Shown one piece after another: positions 27,903 to 37,080 of a stretch of 64,000 nt of DNA. The notes beneath the pieces were generated by a model. That model was not told where the DNA came from. It searched no databases and saw nothing but the letters and a program-made list of their open reading frames with translations. Source of the stretch: Calditrichia bacterium (GTDB lineage: Bacteria > Calditrichota > Calditrichia > RBG-13-44-9 > J075); contig JANQRS010000052.1 in the NCBI GenBank assembly GCA_028284445.1, forward strand, positions 22,988-86,987. The letters are read 5' to 3'. Made by a program: the position numbers and the translations under genes. How positions within the stretch are numbered: the first letter of the stretch is position 1; each line of letters opens with the position of its first letter.

Positions 27903-30900
27903 AAAATCAATCGTTTAAAGTTCTGGTTCATCTACCTTCCAAATTGTTGTACGATGAGTTAAACCAGCTTGCCGCCGGGCATAAACTCGACTTACTGCAG
28001 TTGCCGACCCTGAGCGCACTGCCGCAATATGTCAAGCGTGCTAAGCCTGCCGTGGTCCTGGCGACGCTGAATAGCGATGAGTCGCTGTTGAAGCAAGACC
28101 TTGAAACCCTGATTGACATACGTCGCAATTCGCAAATCTGGCTGGTGTTGCTGACAGAAAAATCGCTGGATGATGTTCTCGGCAACAACGCCCTGCCGAC
28201 GGATCGCATCTTTATTCAGCGTTATACGCGCAACCCGCGTGAACTGCTTAGCAACCTGATGTCCATTCGTGCAACAGAAACCGCGCTTGCCCAGCAAAGC
28301 AATCGCAGTAAGTTTGAAGAACATCTCAGCTACTGCACGCGCATGGTTACACGTCAGCACGATGTTGCACACCTCTTCGAACGATTGGTCAATTACTACC
28401 CGAAGGTCATCCCGATGAATTATTGGGCGCTGTTTGCCTTCGATCCGAAGTTTACTGCTATCAACCAGTTCACTTCTTTTGCACCGCCCAATAAGCCCGG
28501 CGCGGCCACACAAATGCAGCAGATCGAGCGCCTGGCAGAGCGCTGGCTGCGCGTTGGACAAGCGACCTATGCCACAATCACTGAAGAACCGGAATTGTTT
28601 GCCAAGCTTCGCGAATGGGGATGGCCGGTGCAGCAAATCTACTTCATGCCCAGCCGCTACAAGGACAGAGCAATTGCAGGTGTGATTGTTGGACATGATA
28701 CCCCATACCAGATGAGCCCGGATGAAATCCGCTTTCTCAATGAGATGAACGGCCTCATCGCTGAACGAATTCTTGAGCAAAGTGTTGCCGGTGCGGATGA
28801 TTCGCGTGTGCAGGGTTTTGCCGATCGTCTCCTGACCAATCAGTTTAATGAAGAAGTCATCTTCGATGTTGCCTGTCAGGAGCTTCAGGCCGTCAGCGGT
28901 AGTTCCAGCACCGTTTTCTGGCAGTTCAATAAAGGTTTTGGATTCCTGTTCCCGAAATATTCCGCCTTTGGCAGCGAAGGGAAGCCATCTGGTTTTTCCG
29001 AGCGCAATATGATTTTCCTGGACAAGGATGCCTTTCTCAGTCAGCTCATCAGCGAAAATACGACCCATACAATTGATCATATTTACGACGATGTCCGTTT
29101 GGGGACATCGACAAGGACAGTTTTTCGTAAACTGCTTTACAACAATGTTCTGATCTTGCCATTGGCGATTCACGAGGAAGTCATCGGCGCCCTCATTCTA
29201 AACAAGCAGCAACCGGGGGACCGCTTTAGCGTCGTGGAAATTCACAGTGCTGAAGAAATTGTCAAAAAAACCCAGTCGGTACTGGAGGGCGCCAATACCA
29301 TCAAGGACGCCAATTTCAAGCTAAAGCAACTGGCGCGCATCTTTGAGCTGGGCCGGGAAATGAAGCTCGATCTGGAGCTCGATGCCATTATCGCACGCAT
29401 CACCATGAACCTGCGCAAGACGCTTGGATGGAACGATGTTGCTTTCCTTATTGAGGACGAATTAGGTCAGCGCTTGCGGGCAAACAGCGCCTCCGAAGAC
29501 AATTCTGAAGCAACCCGCAAGATTATTGACCTCACTAAAGAAGTGACCCTCGATCAGTTCCGCCGACTGCTTGGCACCTGCGAACGAATCAGCAGCTCCT
29601 ATTTCTCAAATACCCGGCGTCTGGGACAATCCACAAATGGCGACAGCAAGGATGTGACCGAATGGCAGGAAGACGATCTCCTGATTATCCCTCTGGAAAC
29701 GCGCAACAAGGTGTTGGGATATATGGTTGTGCAGGATCCGGTTGATCGCCTGAAACCCAATATTGAGAAGATCATACCTCTGGAATATTATGCCAACCAG
29801 GCAGCGGTAGCTGTCGAGAATGCTATCCTATACGAGCAGCTTCGCTCCAGCCAGGAGCGGTACCGCTCTTTGGCGGAAACCATGAGCCTGGCATTGGTGA
29901 CCTGCGATAAGCATGGTGAGATTGTCTATGGTAATCCGGCCTTCAACCAATTGCTTTCTGCGGATGAAAGTGAATTGACTTCCAAGCCCTTTGCCGATTT
30001 CCTTACGGATAAGTCGCGAGGCCGCTTCGAACCGGTCGTCGCTGATCTGCTGAGTGAAGACAGTGGGGAAGGCAGTAGCAGCGGGGCATTGGAATTTGAT
30101 ATCCTCAATAAGAATGACGAAAAAATTCCGGTGTCGGTGCTTGGATTTCCCTTCTATGAGCGTCGCAACAAAACCGGCTTCTTCTTAATTCTCACCGACC
30201 TGCGTGTCATCAAGCGCCTCGAGCGCATGAAGGCTGACTTTAATTCGATGATTGTGCACGATCTGCGTTCGCCAATGAACGTCATCCAGGGATTCCTGGA
30301 GTTGATTCGCAATCGTGTGGTTGGTGATATCAATACGGAGCAGGAAGAATTGCTGGATATTGCCAAGGAGAACGTAAACAAAGTTCTCACGCTGGTTGAT
30401 AACTTCCTGGTTGCTTCCAAGCTTGATGTTGGCCGTTTTACCATCGATCCGAAACTTGATGAAATCAACGTGCTGATTGAAAAGCAGGTCGATAATCACC
30501 GGGTGCTGGTAAAGAACAAAAACGTGGACATCGGCGTTGAACTCGATCCCAATCTGCCCTTGCTGTTTTTTGATAGCCTGCGCATAGAGCAGGTTTTAAA
30601 CAATTTGTTGAGCAACGCCTTGAAATTTACGCCGGAGAACGGCAATATCTGGGTGCGTTCGCGACTGGTGCGTGAAACCAAAGATGACGAAGAGCGTTTC
30701 CTGGCGCAGATTTCCGTTAAGGATAACGGCATGGGCATTCCTGCTGATAAAATTGACCACGTCTTCGAAAAATACGAACAGGTTGATGAGAGTCGCGCCT
30801 TTAATGTTCGCGGGACCGGCCTCGGTCTGTCGATTTGCAAGGAGATCGTCAATTTGCACGGTGGAGAAATTTGGGTTGAAAGCGATCTGCAATCCGGCAG

Positions 30901-30955
30901 TGAGTTCACATTTACCTTACCGATTGAAGCCCAATTGGAGAAGGTTGTGAATTGA
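27899..30955 (+). CDS. Cytoplasmic multi-GAF/PAS sensor histidine kinase
   Basis: Several GAF-like segments (ANQAAVAVENA), PAS (YGNPAF), HisKA VHDLRSPM, HATPase NLLSNALKFT, DNGMGI, GTGLGLSI. Confidence 0.88.
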   Translation: MKNQSFKVLVHLPSKLLYDELNQLAAGHKLDLLQLPTLSALPQYVKRAKPAVVLATLNSDESLLKQDLETLIDIRRNSQIWLVLLTEKSLDDVLGNNALPTDRIFIQRYTRNPRELLSNLMSIRATETALAQQSNRSKFEEHLSYCTRMVTRQHDVAHLFERLVNYYPKVIPMNYWALFAFDPKFTAINQFTSFAPPNKPGAATQMQQIERLAERWLRVGQATYATITEEPELFAKLREWGWPVQQIYFMPSRYKDRAIAGVIVGHDTPYQMSPDEIRFLNEMNGLIAERILEQSVAGADDSRVQGFADRLLTNQFNEEVIFDVACQELQAVSGSSSTVFWQFNKGFGFLFPKYSAFGSEGKPSGFSERNMIFLDKDAFLSQLISENTTHTIDHIYDDVRLGTSTRTVFRKLLYNNVLILPLAIHEEVIGALILNKQQPGDRFSVVEIHSAEEIVKKTQSVLEGANTIKDANFKLKQLARIFELGREMKLDLELDAIIARITMNLRKTLGWNDVAFLIEDELGQRLRANSASEDNSEATRKIIDLTKEVTLDQFRRLLGTCERISSSYFSNTRRLGQSTNGDSKDVTEWQEDDLLIIPLETRNKVLGYMVVQDPVDRLKPNIEKIIPLEYYANQAAVAVENAILYEQLRSSQERYRSLAETMSLALVTCDKHGEIVYGNPAFNQLLSADESELTSKPFADFLTDKSRGRFEPVVADLLSEDSGEGSSSGALEFDILNKNDEKIPVSVLGFPFYERRNKTGFFLILTDLRVIKRLERMKADFNSMIVHDLRSPMNVIQGFLELIRNRVVGDINTEQEELLDIAKENVNKVLTLVDNFLVASKLDVGRFTIDPKLDEINVLIEKQVDNHRVLVKNKNVDIGVELDPNLPLLFFDSLRIEQVLNNLLSNALKFTPENGNIWVRSRLVRETKDDEERFLAQISVKDNGMGIPADKIDHVFEKYEQVDESRAFNVRGTGLGLSICKEIVNLHGGEIWVESDLQSGSEFTFTLPIEAQLEKVVN

Positions 30956-30998
30956 CATTAGGCCCTCATATTTTCCTGCGGATTTGTTAACTTCCCCA

Positions 30999-32357
30999 AT
31001 GTTCGCAAAACTGGTCAAGTCATTTCTCTCCGTTCCTGCCGGCATTCCGGCAACCCAGCGCCGTGCTTACTTTGTGGTGTTGCTTGCCTCCTTTAGCGGT
31101 GGCATTTCTCATTTTATGTACATGCTGTTCTTTGCGGCTTACGGCGCCTGGCCGCCGGTATTCTTTAATATTGGCAGCGTCATCCTCTTTTTTTGCGCAG
31201 TGGCCTGGCTGCGTCGTCGTGGTGATGTATCGTCGGTGATGCTCTTGATCTCAACGGAGTTCATTACCCATCAATGGTTTGTTGTCTATTATTTCGGTTG
31301 GGGCTACGGTTTCGAATACTTCCTTTTTATGATTGCCAGCCTGGTATTCCTTGTCCGTTACCGCAGTCGTTGGATACCGTTGTCCTTCGCATTCTTCAGT
31401 GTTAGTGTTTTTGGATGGCTCTATGTCCAGGGCCAATACTTGAATGCGCCACATCCTGATATGCTGGTGCATTTGAAAGGCACCCTCTTCTGGACTAATC
31501 TTTATAGCGGTATGTTGGGACTGGCAATGGTCGGCTATGTCTACTCACGGACAGCTGCGCAAATGGAAAGAGAATTGGAGGCGCAAAACCGCGAATTGCG
31601 CGAAACGCAGTTGCGCCTTGTCAATAGCGAAAAAATGGCGGCGATCGGCAAGCTGGCTGCTGGTCTGGCGCATGAAATCAATAACCCGATTGGCGCTATT
31701 CATTCAAGCGCGCAGACCGGCGTTCGGGCAGTGGAAAGACTTCAGAATGGAAAATCCAATGAGAACGATGCTGATCCCAAAACGGCACGAATCCTGACTG
31801 CGCTTGGGCAATCGCTGAACAGCACGATGGAAGCTTCGGAGCGCCTAAGCAAATTAGCCGGCCGGCTGCAGGGATTCATAGGTGTGGACGAAGCAGAATT
31901 TAAGTCCGCAGATCTGCATGAGGGCCTGGAAAACACTCTTGCAATTCTCGAGAGTCAGCTCGCTGAGCGCCAAATCGAGGTGCTGCGCAGCTTCGACGAT
32001 TCGCTGCCAATGATCTTTTGCCGGCCGGCTGAGATTAACCAGGTGTTTATGCATCTCTTGCAAAATGCGATCGATGCGATTGATCGAGAAGGGCACATCG
32101 GCATCGAGACTTCGCATTCTAAAGAAAATGTTGCAATTCGCATTAGCGATAATGGACGCGGATTGCATCCGGAAGAGATCGCCGGTCTGTTTGATCTTGG
32201 ATTCTCATCCGGCGAATCACGCGTGAAGCTCGGGATGGGATTGCCAATTTCGCATCAGATAGTTAGTCGTCACAAAGGCCGGATTGATGTGGAAAGTGTA
32301 CCGGGAGAAGGGACAGCGTTTACAGTTGTATTACCGAAAGAGACCGTTGACCGTTGA
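30999..32357 (+). CDS. Membrane sensor histidine kinase (NtrB-like)
   Basis: About 6 N-terminal TM helices; SEKMAAIGKLAAGLAHEINNP; QNAIDA; DNGRG; GMGL; GEGTAF. Confidence 0.88.
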   Translation: MFAKLVKSFLSVPAGIPATQRRAYFVVLLASFSGGISHFMYMLFFAAYGAWPPVFFNIGSVILFFCAVAWLRRRGDVSSVMLLISTEFITHQWFVVYYFGWGYGFEYFLFMIASLVFLVRYRSRWIPLSFAFFSVSVFGWLYVQGQYLNAPHPDMLVHLKGTLFWTNLYSGMLGLAMVGYVYSRTAAQMERELEAQNRELRETQLRLVNSEKMAAIGKLAAGLAHEINNPIGAIHSSAQTGVRAVERLQNGKSNENDADPKTARILTALGQSLNSTMEASERLSKLAGRLQGFIGVDEAEFKSADLHEGLENTLAILESQLAERQIEVLRSFDDSLPMIFCRPAEINQVFMHLLQNAIDAIDREGHIGIETSHSKENVAIRISDNGRGLHPEEIAGLFDLGFSSGESRVKLGMGLPISHQIVSRHKGRIDVESVPGEGTAFTVVLPKETVDR

Positions 32358-32412
32358 CCGTTGACCGTTGACCGTTGACCGTTGAACGGTCAACGATTAA
32401 CGATCAACGATG
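32342..32412. repeat. Inverted heptamer arrays: (GACCGTT)6 followed by four reverse-complement-like units
   Basis: GACCGTT x6 (32342-32383), one G, then AACGGTC, AACGATT, AACGATC, AACGATG (32385-32412). It spans the junction of two convergent genes. Confidence 0.92.
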
Positions 32413-32417
32413 CTGTT

Positions 32418-33491
32418 CTAGCGACGCCCGTGCGCCAGTGCGTAGCGTGAGAAGTGCTCGAGGTAGACTTTTACCTTCTTCTTTTTCGTATCGATCGTCG
32501 ATGGAATGAGCTCCCATTCATCGAGGATGTCGTTATAGTAGATGAACACCAGGTCATCTTCATCGATATCCGTCATGTCCGCCATTTGATAGGAAATCTC
32601 AACCTTGACCGGCTTGTTGAAATTGAGGCCGTGGGGACCAAATTCAAGGTTGTTGAGCAGACCGTCCAAGGTGCCGCCGGCAGCCCATTCAAATTGGATC
32701 ATCATATCCTGCGGCAGATCATCCTTCTTGAATTCAATTTTCGTCTTGCCAATTTCGTTCGAACCGAGCTCGATTTTGCCGCCCTTTTTGGCTGTGATCA
32801 GCTTCCGTGAGAAGAACAAACCATCTTCCAATTTGTATACAGGCAACAGTTCGCCATCTTCCTCATGGAGCACAGCGATTTTGCCAAAGCGATTAATGGT
32901 TGACTCCAATTCCCGCTTATCCTGCTTGAGTTTTGTAGCTAGCGCTTCCCAGGTCTGTGTTGCTTCGTCAAACATATACAGACTGATACTCTCCTCATCT
33001 ACGTCGGCCAAATCTGCCCGCAAGAAAGACATTTTGATTTTTACTGCGTTGTCAAATGGTTGTTCTTCAAGACGGGGATCGAGCGCACCAACCTCGCCTT
33101 CGTAAACATCGTTTTCGGCCCAATTCAGAAAGAGCGTTCCGCTGTGGGAGAAATCGTTTTTCTTGAACTCAACTTTGCTCTTACCAATGTTGGCGTCACC
33201 AACTTCCAGCTTGAGATCTTTGTCGGCCTTGATGTCGCCCTCATCATAGAATAAGCTGCTGTCACCGTCAGATTTGGAGAGATGCTGATCGCGATGGTTG
33301 GCTGCTGCAATTTGCATTGCCGGATCGACATTGAGGATGGTGACCGGTCCAAGGGTAGTGTGAACGACAGTTTTTGTTGCATCGTCAGGGGCATTGTCAT
33401 ACCCGCTATTCAACGGTTGTTCGTGACAACCAACTGTTAGTAGGACAGCCAGAAAGATGGTAGAGATGAGTCGGACATAGTGCAAATTCAC
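32418..33491 (-). CDS. Lipoprotein with two tandem ZU5-like beta-sandwich repeats
   Basis: GGAGG RBS before GTG 33491; lipobox LTVGC. Two ~125-aa repeats (GGKIELG..FGPHGLNFNKPVKVEISY..WE..HFSRYAL, and a diverged first copy ending RFGKIAV). Confidence 0.6.
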   Translation of the reverse strand: MNLHYVRLISTIFLAVLLTVGCHEQPLNSGYDNAPDDATKTVVHTTLGPVTILNVDPAMQIAAANHRDQHLSKSDGDSSLFYDEGDIKADKDLKLEVGDANIGKSKVEFKKNDFSHSGTLFLNWAENDVYEGEVGALDPRLEEQPFDNAVKIKMSFLRADLADVDEESISLYMFDEATQTWEALATKLKQDKRELESTINRFGKIAVLHEEDGELLPVYKLEDGLFFSRKLITAKKGGKIELGSNEIGKTKIEFKKDDLPQDMMIQFEWAAGGTLDGLLNNLEFGPHGLNFNKPVKVEISYQMADMTDIDEDDLVFIYYNDILDEWELIPSTIDTKKKKVKVYLEHFSRYALAHGRR

Positions 33492-33689
33492 TTGAAGACC
33501 CTCCGTGTTATGGTTTTCGATGTTGTATGCATTGTTTTCCCCTATTTCGTCTGTTCTTTTCTCAGTGTGCGCTTGACGGCAGATCTGGATTCTTCTACGC
33601 ACGCGACTTGCGAAATTGCAAAGCTGATGCCAAGCGACCATGAGATGACTTAAGTGCATTGTAAACAACGCATTGATGGGTGAGATGGC

Positions 33690-33778
33690 TTGGCCGAAAG
33701 ATCAACCATCATTGGCTGAAATCAGCCGCTGCTTGCGGAGAACACCGAATTGGCTGAAATAGTCAATATTGGCGGAGT
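33690..33778. promoter_or_regulatory. Array of imperfect direct repeats TTGGC(T/C/G)GA in the divergent promoter region
   Basis: TTGGCCGAAA 33690, TTGGCTGAAA 33712, CTTGCGGAGA 33732, TTGGCTGAAA 33750, TTGGCGGAGT 33769. Embedded palindrome GGCTGA-AA-TCAGCC at 33714-33727. Confidence 0.55.
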
Positions 33779-33806
33779 TGCTATTTAGGGCAAAACACCT
33801 TAAATT
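33778..33806 (+). promoter_or_regulatory. Putative sigma70-type promoter of mutS
   Basis: TTGCTA-N17-TAAATT. Confidence 0.45.
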
Positions 33807-33837
33807 CGGCCTTCAATATTAGGAATTGAAAGACCTT

Positions 33838-36471
33838 ATGGCCAAAGGCACGCCCAAGAAAAAATCCTCGACAACACCGCTAATGGAGCAGTATCTCTCC
33901 ATCAAAGCAAAGCATCAGGAGCATATCCTGCTCTTCCGCATGGGTGATTTTTACGAGACCTTTTACGATGACGCCAAAATCATCTCCAAAGTGCTCGGGA
34001 TCGCTCTGACCAAACGTGCGCACGGCAAATCTGCAGATGTGCCACTGGCCGGGTTTCCTTATCATGCCCTCGACAACCATTTGCCGAAACTGGTTGCTGC
34101 CGGCCATCGCGTGGCGATTTGCGAGCAGGTTGAGGATCCGAAATTGGCAAAAACCGTTGTGAAGCGGGAAGTGGTGGAGATCGTGACGCCGGGAACGGCA
34201 TTATCCGATAAGCTGCTGGACCACAAAACCAGCAACTTTCTGGCAGCCGTTCATATTGAAAAGCAAATGGCCGGTGTCAGCTACGCAGATTTTTCCACCG
34301 GTGAATTTTATCTGGCCGAGGTGAGCCTGGAAAAACTGGTGAACTACCTCCAGGAAATTGGTCCACGCGAAATTCTGGCAAGCGCCAAGATGTTCGAAAC
34401 CCTGGAAGAATCTTTGCAGAATCGCAGCGGCGCAGTATTGACGAAACTGGATGACTGGCTTTTTGGTCACGCCTTTTGCTACGAAACCCTTACTCAGCAT
34501 TTTGGCACCAGCACGCTTAAAGGCTTTGGTGCAGAAGGATACAAGCTCGGCACGGTTGCAGCCGGGGCTATTCTGCATTACGGAAAGGAAAACTTCCGCA
34601 GTGAATTGGGACATCTGCGGCGTCTCTCCGTTATTGCCGCTGAAGATTACATGATCCTTGATCACTCAACACGTCGTAACCTTGAGATTGTCGATTCGAT
34701 CAGTGGCGAGGCTTCCGGCGGCACGCTGCTGTCGATTATGGACTATACGGTGACCTCGATGGGTGCCCGGCGCTTGAAGAATATGATTACGCATCCCCTG
34801 ATTTCACTTGAGCTGATTCGGGAGCGATTGGATCGGGTAGATGCGCTCTTCAGTGCTCGCAGCGGCCGCAATGAACTGCGTGAACATTTGGAAAACATCA
34901 GCGATCTCGAGCGTCTGTTTGCGCGGGTTGCTACCGGGCGCGCCTCGCCGCGTGATATGGTGGTGCTAAAGCGTGCGCTCAGCTTCATTAAACCGGTGAA
35001 AGATACCCTTAGTGAAATGGCTTTGGCTGAATTGGAGGCCTTCAGCGAAGGTCTGGCGGATGTTGAGCCGGTTGTTGCCTTGATCGAAGAGGCACTGGTG
35101 GCTGAGCCGCCTCAGAATATTACCGAAGGCGGCATCATTGCGGAAGGCTACCATGCAGAATTGGACGAGTTGCGCGAAATTAGCCGTGAAGGCAAGTCGT
35201 GGATTGTGCAGCTGCAAAACAGCGAGAAAGAAAAAACCGGCATTCCCACTTTGAAAATCGGCTACAACCGCGTCTTTGGGTACTATTTCGAAGTGACCAA
35301 AGTGCATGCTGATAAGGTGCCTGAATACTTTATTCGTAAACAAACGTTGGTAAATGCGGAACGTTATATTACGCCGGAGCTTAAGGAGTTTGAAGAAAAA
35401 GTTCTGGGTGCAGAAGAAAAAATGGCGACTCTGGAGCATGAGCTTTTCCAGGAAGTCCGCCGGCATGTGGCAGGGTGGGGGAGCGCCATTCAAAGCAATG
35501 CCCGCCTGATTGCAGAGCTCGACTGCCTGGCATCGCTTGCCCATTTTGCAGAGCGCTTCAAATACGTGAAACCGGTGGTGGATGATAGCGATACTATAGA
35601 AATCGTGGAAGGACGTCACCCGGTTGTAGAGCAGCTGCTGCCACCAGACCAGCCCTTCATCGACAATGATATTGCCATCGATAACCGAAGCAATCAAATC
35701 ATGATTATTACCGGACCGAATATGTCCGGTAAGTCGACCTATCTACGGCAGGTTGGCTTGATCGTTCTGCTGGCGCAGATTGGTTCCTTTGTGCCTGCTA
35801 CCTCTGCACGCATCGGGATTGTTGATAGAATTTTTACTCGGGTGGGTGCTTCGGACAATTTGGCCTTCGGCGAAAGTACTTTCATGGTGGAGATGCTGGA
35901 AGCAGCCAATATTCTCAACAATGCCACCCCGCAAAGCCTGATCTTGCTCGATGAGGTTGGACGCGGTACCAGCACTTTCGACGGCCTCTCTATTGCCTGG
36001 TCTATCACCGAATTCCTGCATCACAATAAGAAAGTTGCCGCCAAAACGCTTTTTGCCACTCATTATCATGAATTGACCGAGCTGGCAATGCTCTATCCGC
36101 GAATCCAGAACTTCCGGGTGGCCGTTCGTGAATATGATGACCACGTTGTCTTCATGCACAAGATTGAGGCAGGGGGCATGGATCATTCGTACGGAATCTA
36201 CGTAGCGCAGATGGCCGGTTTGCCGCGAGAGGTGGTTGAACGCGCCAGGGAGGTGCTGCTTAATCTGGAAGCGAACGAGTTAAATCCCAACGAGAGTCCG
36301 CGGCTGGCGCATCGGCGCGCGGACCGGCAGCTGAATCCTAACCAGCTGGACCTCTTTTCGGCATCAAAACCGTCTCCGGTGGAAGAAGAATTGCGCAAAA
36401 CGGACCTCGATATGCTGACACCAATCGATGCCCTTTTGAAGCTGAAATCCCTGAAAGATATGCTTAAATGA
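33838..36471 (+). CDS. mutS: DNA mismatch repair protein MutS
   Basis: FRMGDFYETF, GRHPVVE, TGPNMSGKSTYLRQ, STFMVEM, DEVGRGTST, FATHYHEL, SYGI.VA. Confidence 0.98.
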   Translation: MAKGTPKKKSSTTPLMEQYLSIKAKHQEHILLFRMGDFYETFYDDAKIISKVLGIALTKRAHGKSADVPLAGFPYHALDNHLPKLVAAGHRVAICEQVEDPKLAKTVVKREVVEIVTPGTALSDKLLDHKTSNFLAAVHIEKQMAGVSYADFSTGEFYLAEVSLEKLVNYLQEIGPREILASAKMFETLEESLQNRSGAVLTKLDDWLFGHAFCYETLTQHFGTSTLKGFGAEGYKLGTVAAGAILHYGKENFRSELGHLRRLSVIAAEDYMILDHSTRRNLEIVDSISGEASGGTLLSIMDYTVTSMGARRLKNMITHPLISLELIRERLDRVDALFSARSGRNELREHLENISDLERLFARVATGRASPRDMVVLKRALSFIKPVKDTLSEMALAELEAFSEGLADVEPVVALIEEALVAEPPQNITEGGIIAEGYHAELDELREISREGKSWIVQLQNSEKEKTGIPTLKIGYNRVFGYYFEVTKVHADKVPEYFIRKQTLVNAERYITPELKEFEEKVLGAEEKMATLEHELFQEVRRHVAGWGSAIQSNARLIAELDCLASLAHFAERFKYVKPVVDDSDTIEIVEGRHPVVEQLLPPDQPFIDNDIAIDNRSNQIMIITGPNMSGKSTYLRQVGLIVLLAQIGSFVPATSARIGIVDRIFTRVGASDNLAFGESTFMVEMLEAANILNNATPQSLILLDEVGRGTSTFDGLSIAWSITEFLHHNKKVAAKTLFATHYHELTELAMLYPRIQNFRVAVREYDDHVVFMHKIEAGGMDHSYGIYVAQMAGLPREVVERAREVLLNLEANELNPNESPRLAHRRADRQLNPNQLDLFSASKPSPVEEELRKTDLDMLTPIDALLKLKSLKDMLK

Positions 36472-36536
36472 CTAAAATATACCGGCTATTGCAAAGACAT
36501 AATTCATTATTTCTCATTTGTTTATAAAATAAAGCC

Positions 36537-36565
36537 TTGCAAAATTTATTGGGTTCGGTTATCTT
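36537..36565 (+). promoter_or_regulatory. Putative sigma70-type promoter of the HU/IHF gene
   Basis: TTGCAA-N17-TATCTT, the same boxes as the accB promoter candidate. Confidence 0.55.
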
Positions 36566-36615
36566 CTGGAAAAACTAACCTGTAAGATATATATCTAGTT
36601 CTTGGAGGAGACTTC

Positions 36616-36924
36616 ATGAGGACCGTGACGAAGAAGGAAGTTGCTAAGCGTGTGGCCAAGATGATGGGGCAAAAGATATATATTACGGAAGATTTCGTGA
36701 ACGCGGTTTTTCAGTCTCTTCGTGAAATTCTTAGTGAAGCCGACCCGGAAATTCGGATTGAAATCCGTGACTTTGGTGTTTTTGAGGTGAAAGAGACCAA
36801 ACCAAAACCCAAAGCGAGGAATCCGCGAACCGGGCAAATCATCTACGTGCCTGCGCGCCGCAAAACGCACTTTAAGCCGGGGAAATTGCTGAAAGATATT
36901 TTGAAAGAGCCCCTCGGAGATTAA
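36616..36924 (+). CDS. HU/IHF-family DNA-binding protein
   Basis: TKKEV, IEIRDFGVFEV, ARNPRTG, FKPGKLLK; GGAGGAG RBS. Confidence 0.93.
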   Translation: MRTVTKKEVAKRVAKMMGQKIYITEDFVNAVFQSLREILSEADPEIRIEIRDFGVFEVKETKPKPKARNPRTGQIIYVPARRKTHFKPGKLLKDILKEPLGD

Positions 36925-36987
36925 AGGATCTTTGTCTCATTATTATGTGGAATTTGCCTTGAGTTTGACTGCCACATTTATTTTTAT

Positions 36988-37020
36988 CGCTCTTCTGGTT
37001 GAACGAAGAGCGTTTTTTTT
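36988..37020 (+). terminator. Intrinsic terminator after the HU/IHF gene
   Basis: CGCTCTTC-9 nt-GAAGAGCG stem followed by T8. Confidence 0.8.
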
Positions 37021-37080
37021 GTACTTTTTGAGGTGGCGATTGGTTTTGCCCTGGTTCTAATTGATATGGAGACGTTTTGA

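Noticed and set aside
27992..29173. 393-aa minus-strand ORF
   Set aside because: Lies entirely antisense to the GAF/PAS kinase; typical codon-bias shadow ORF.
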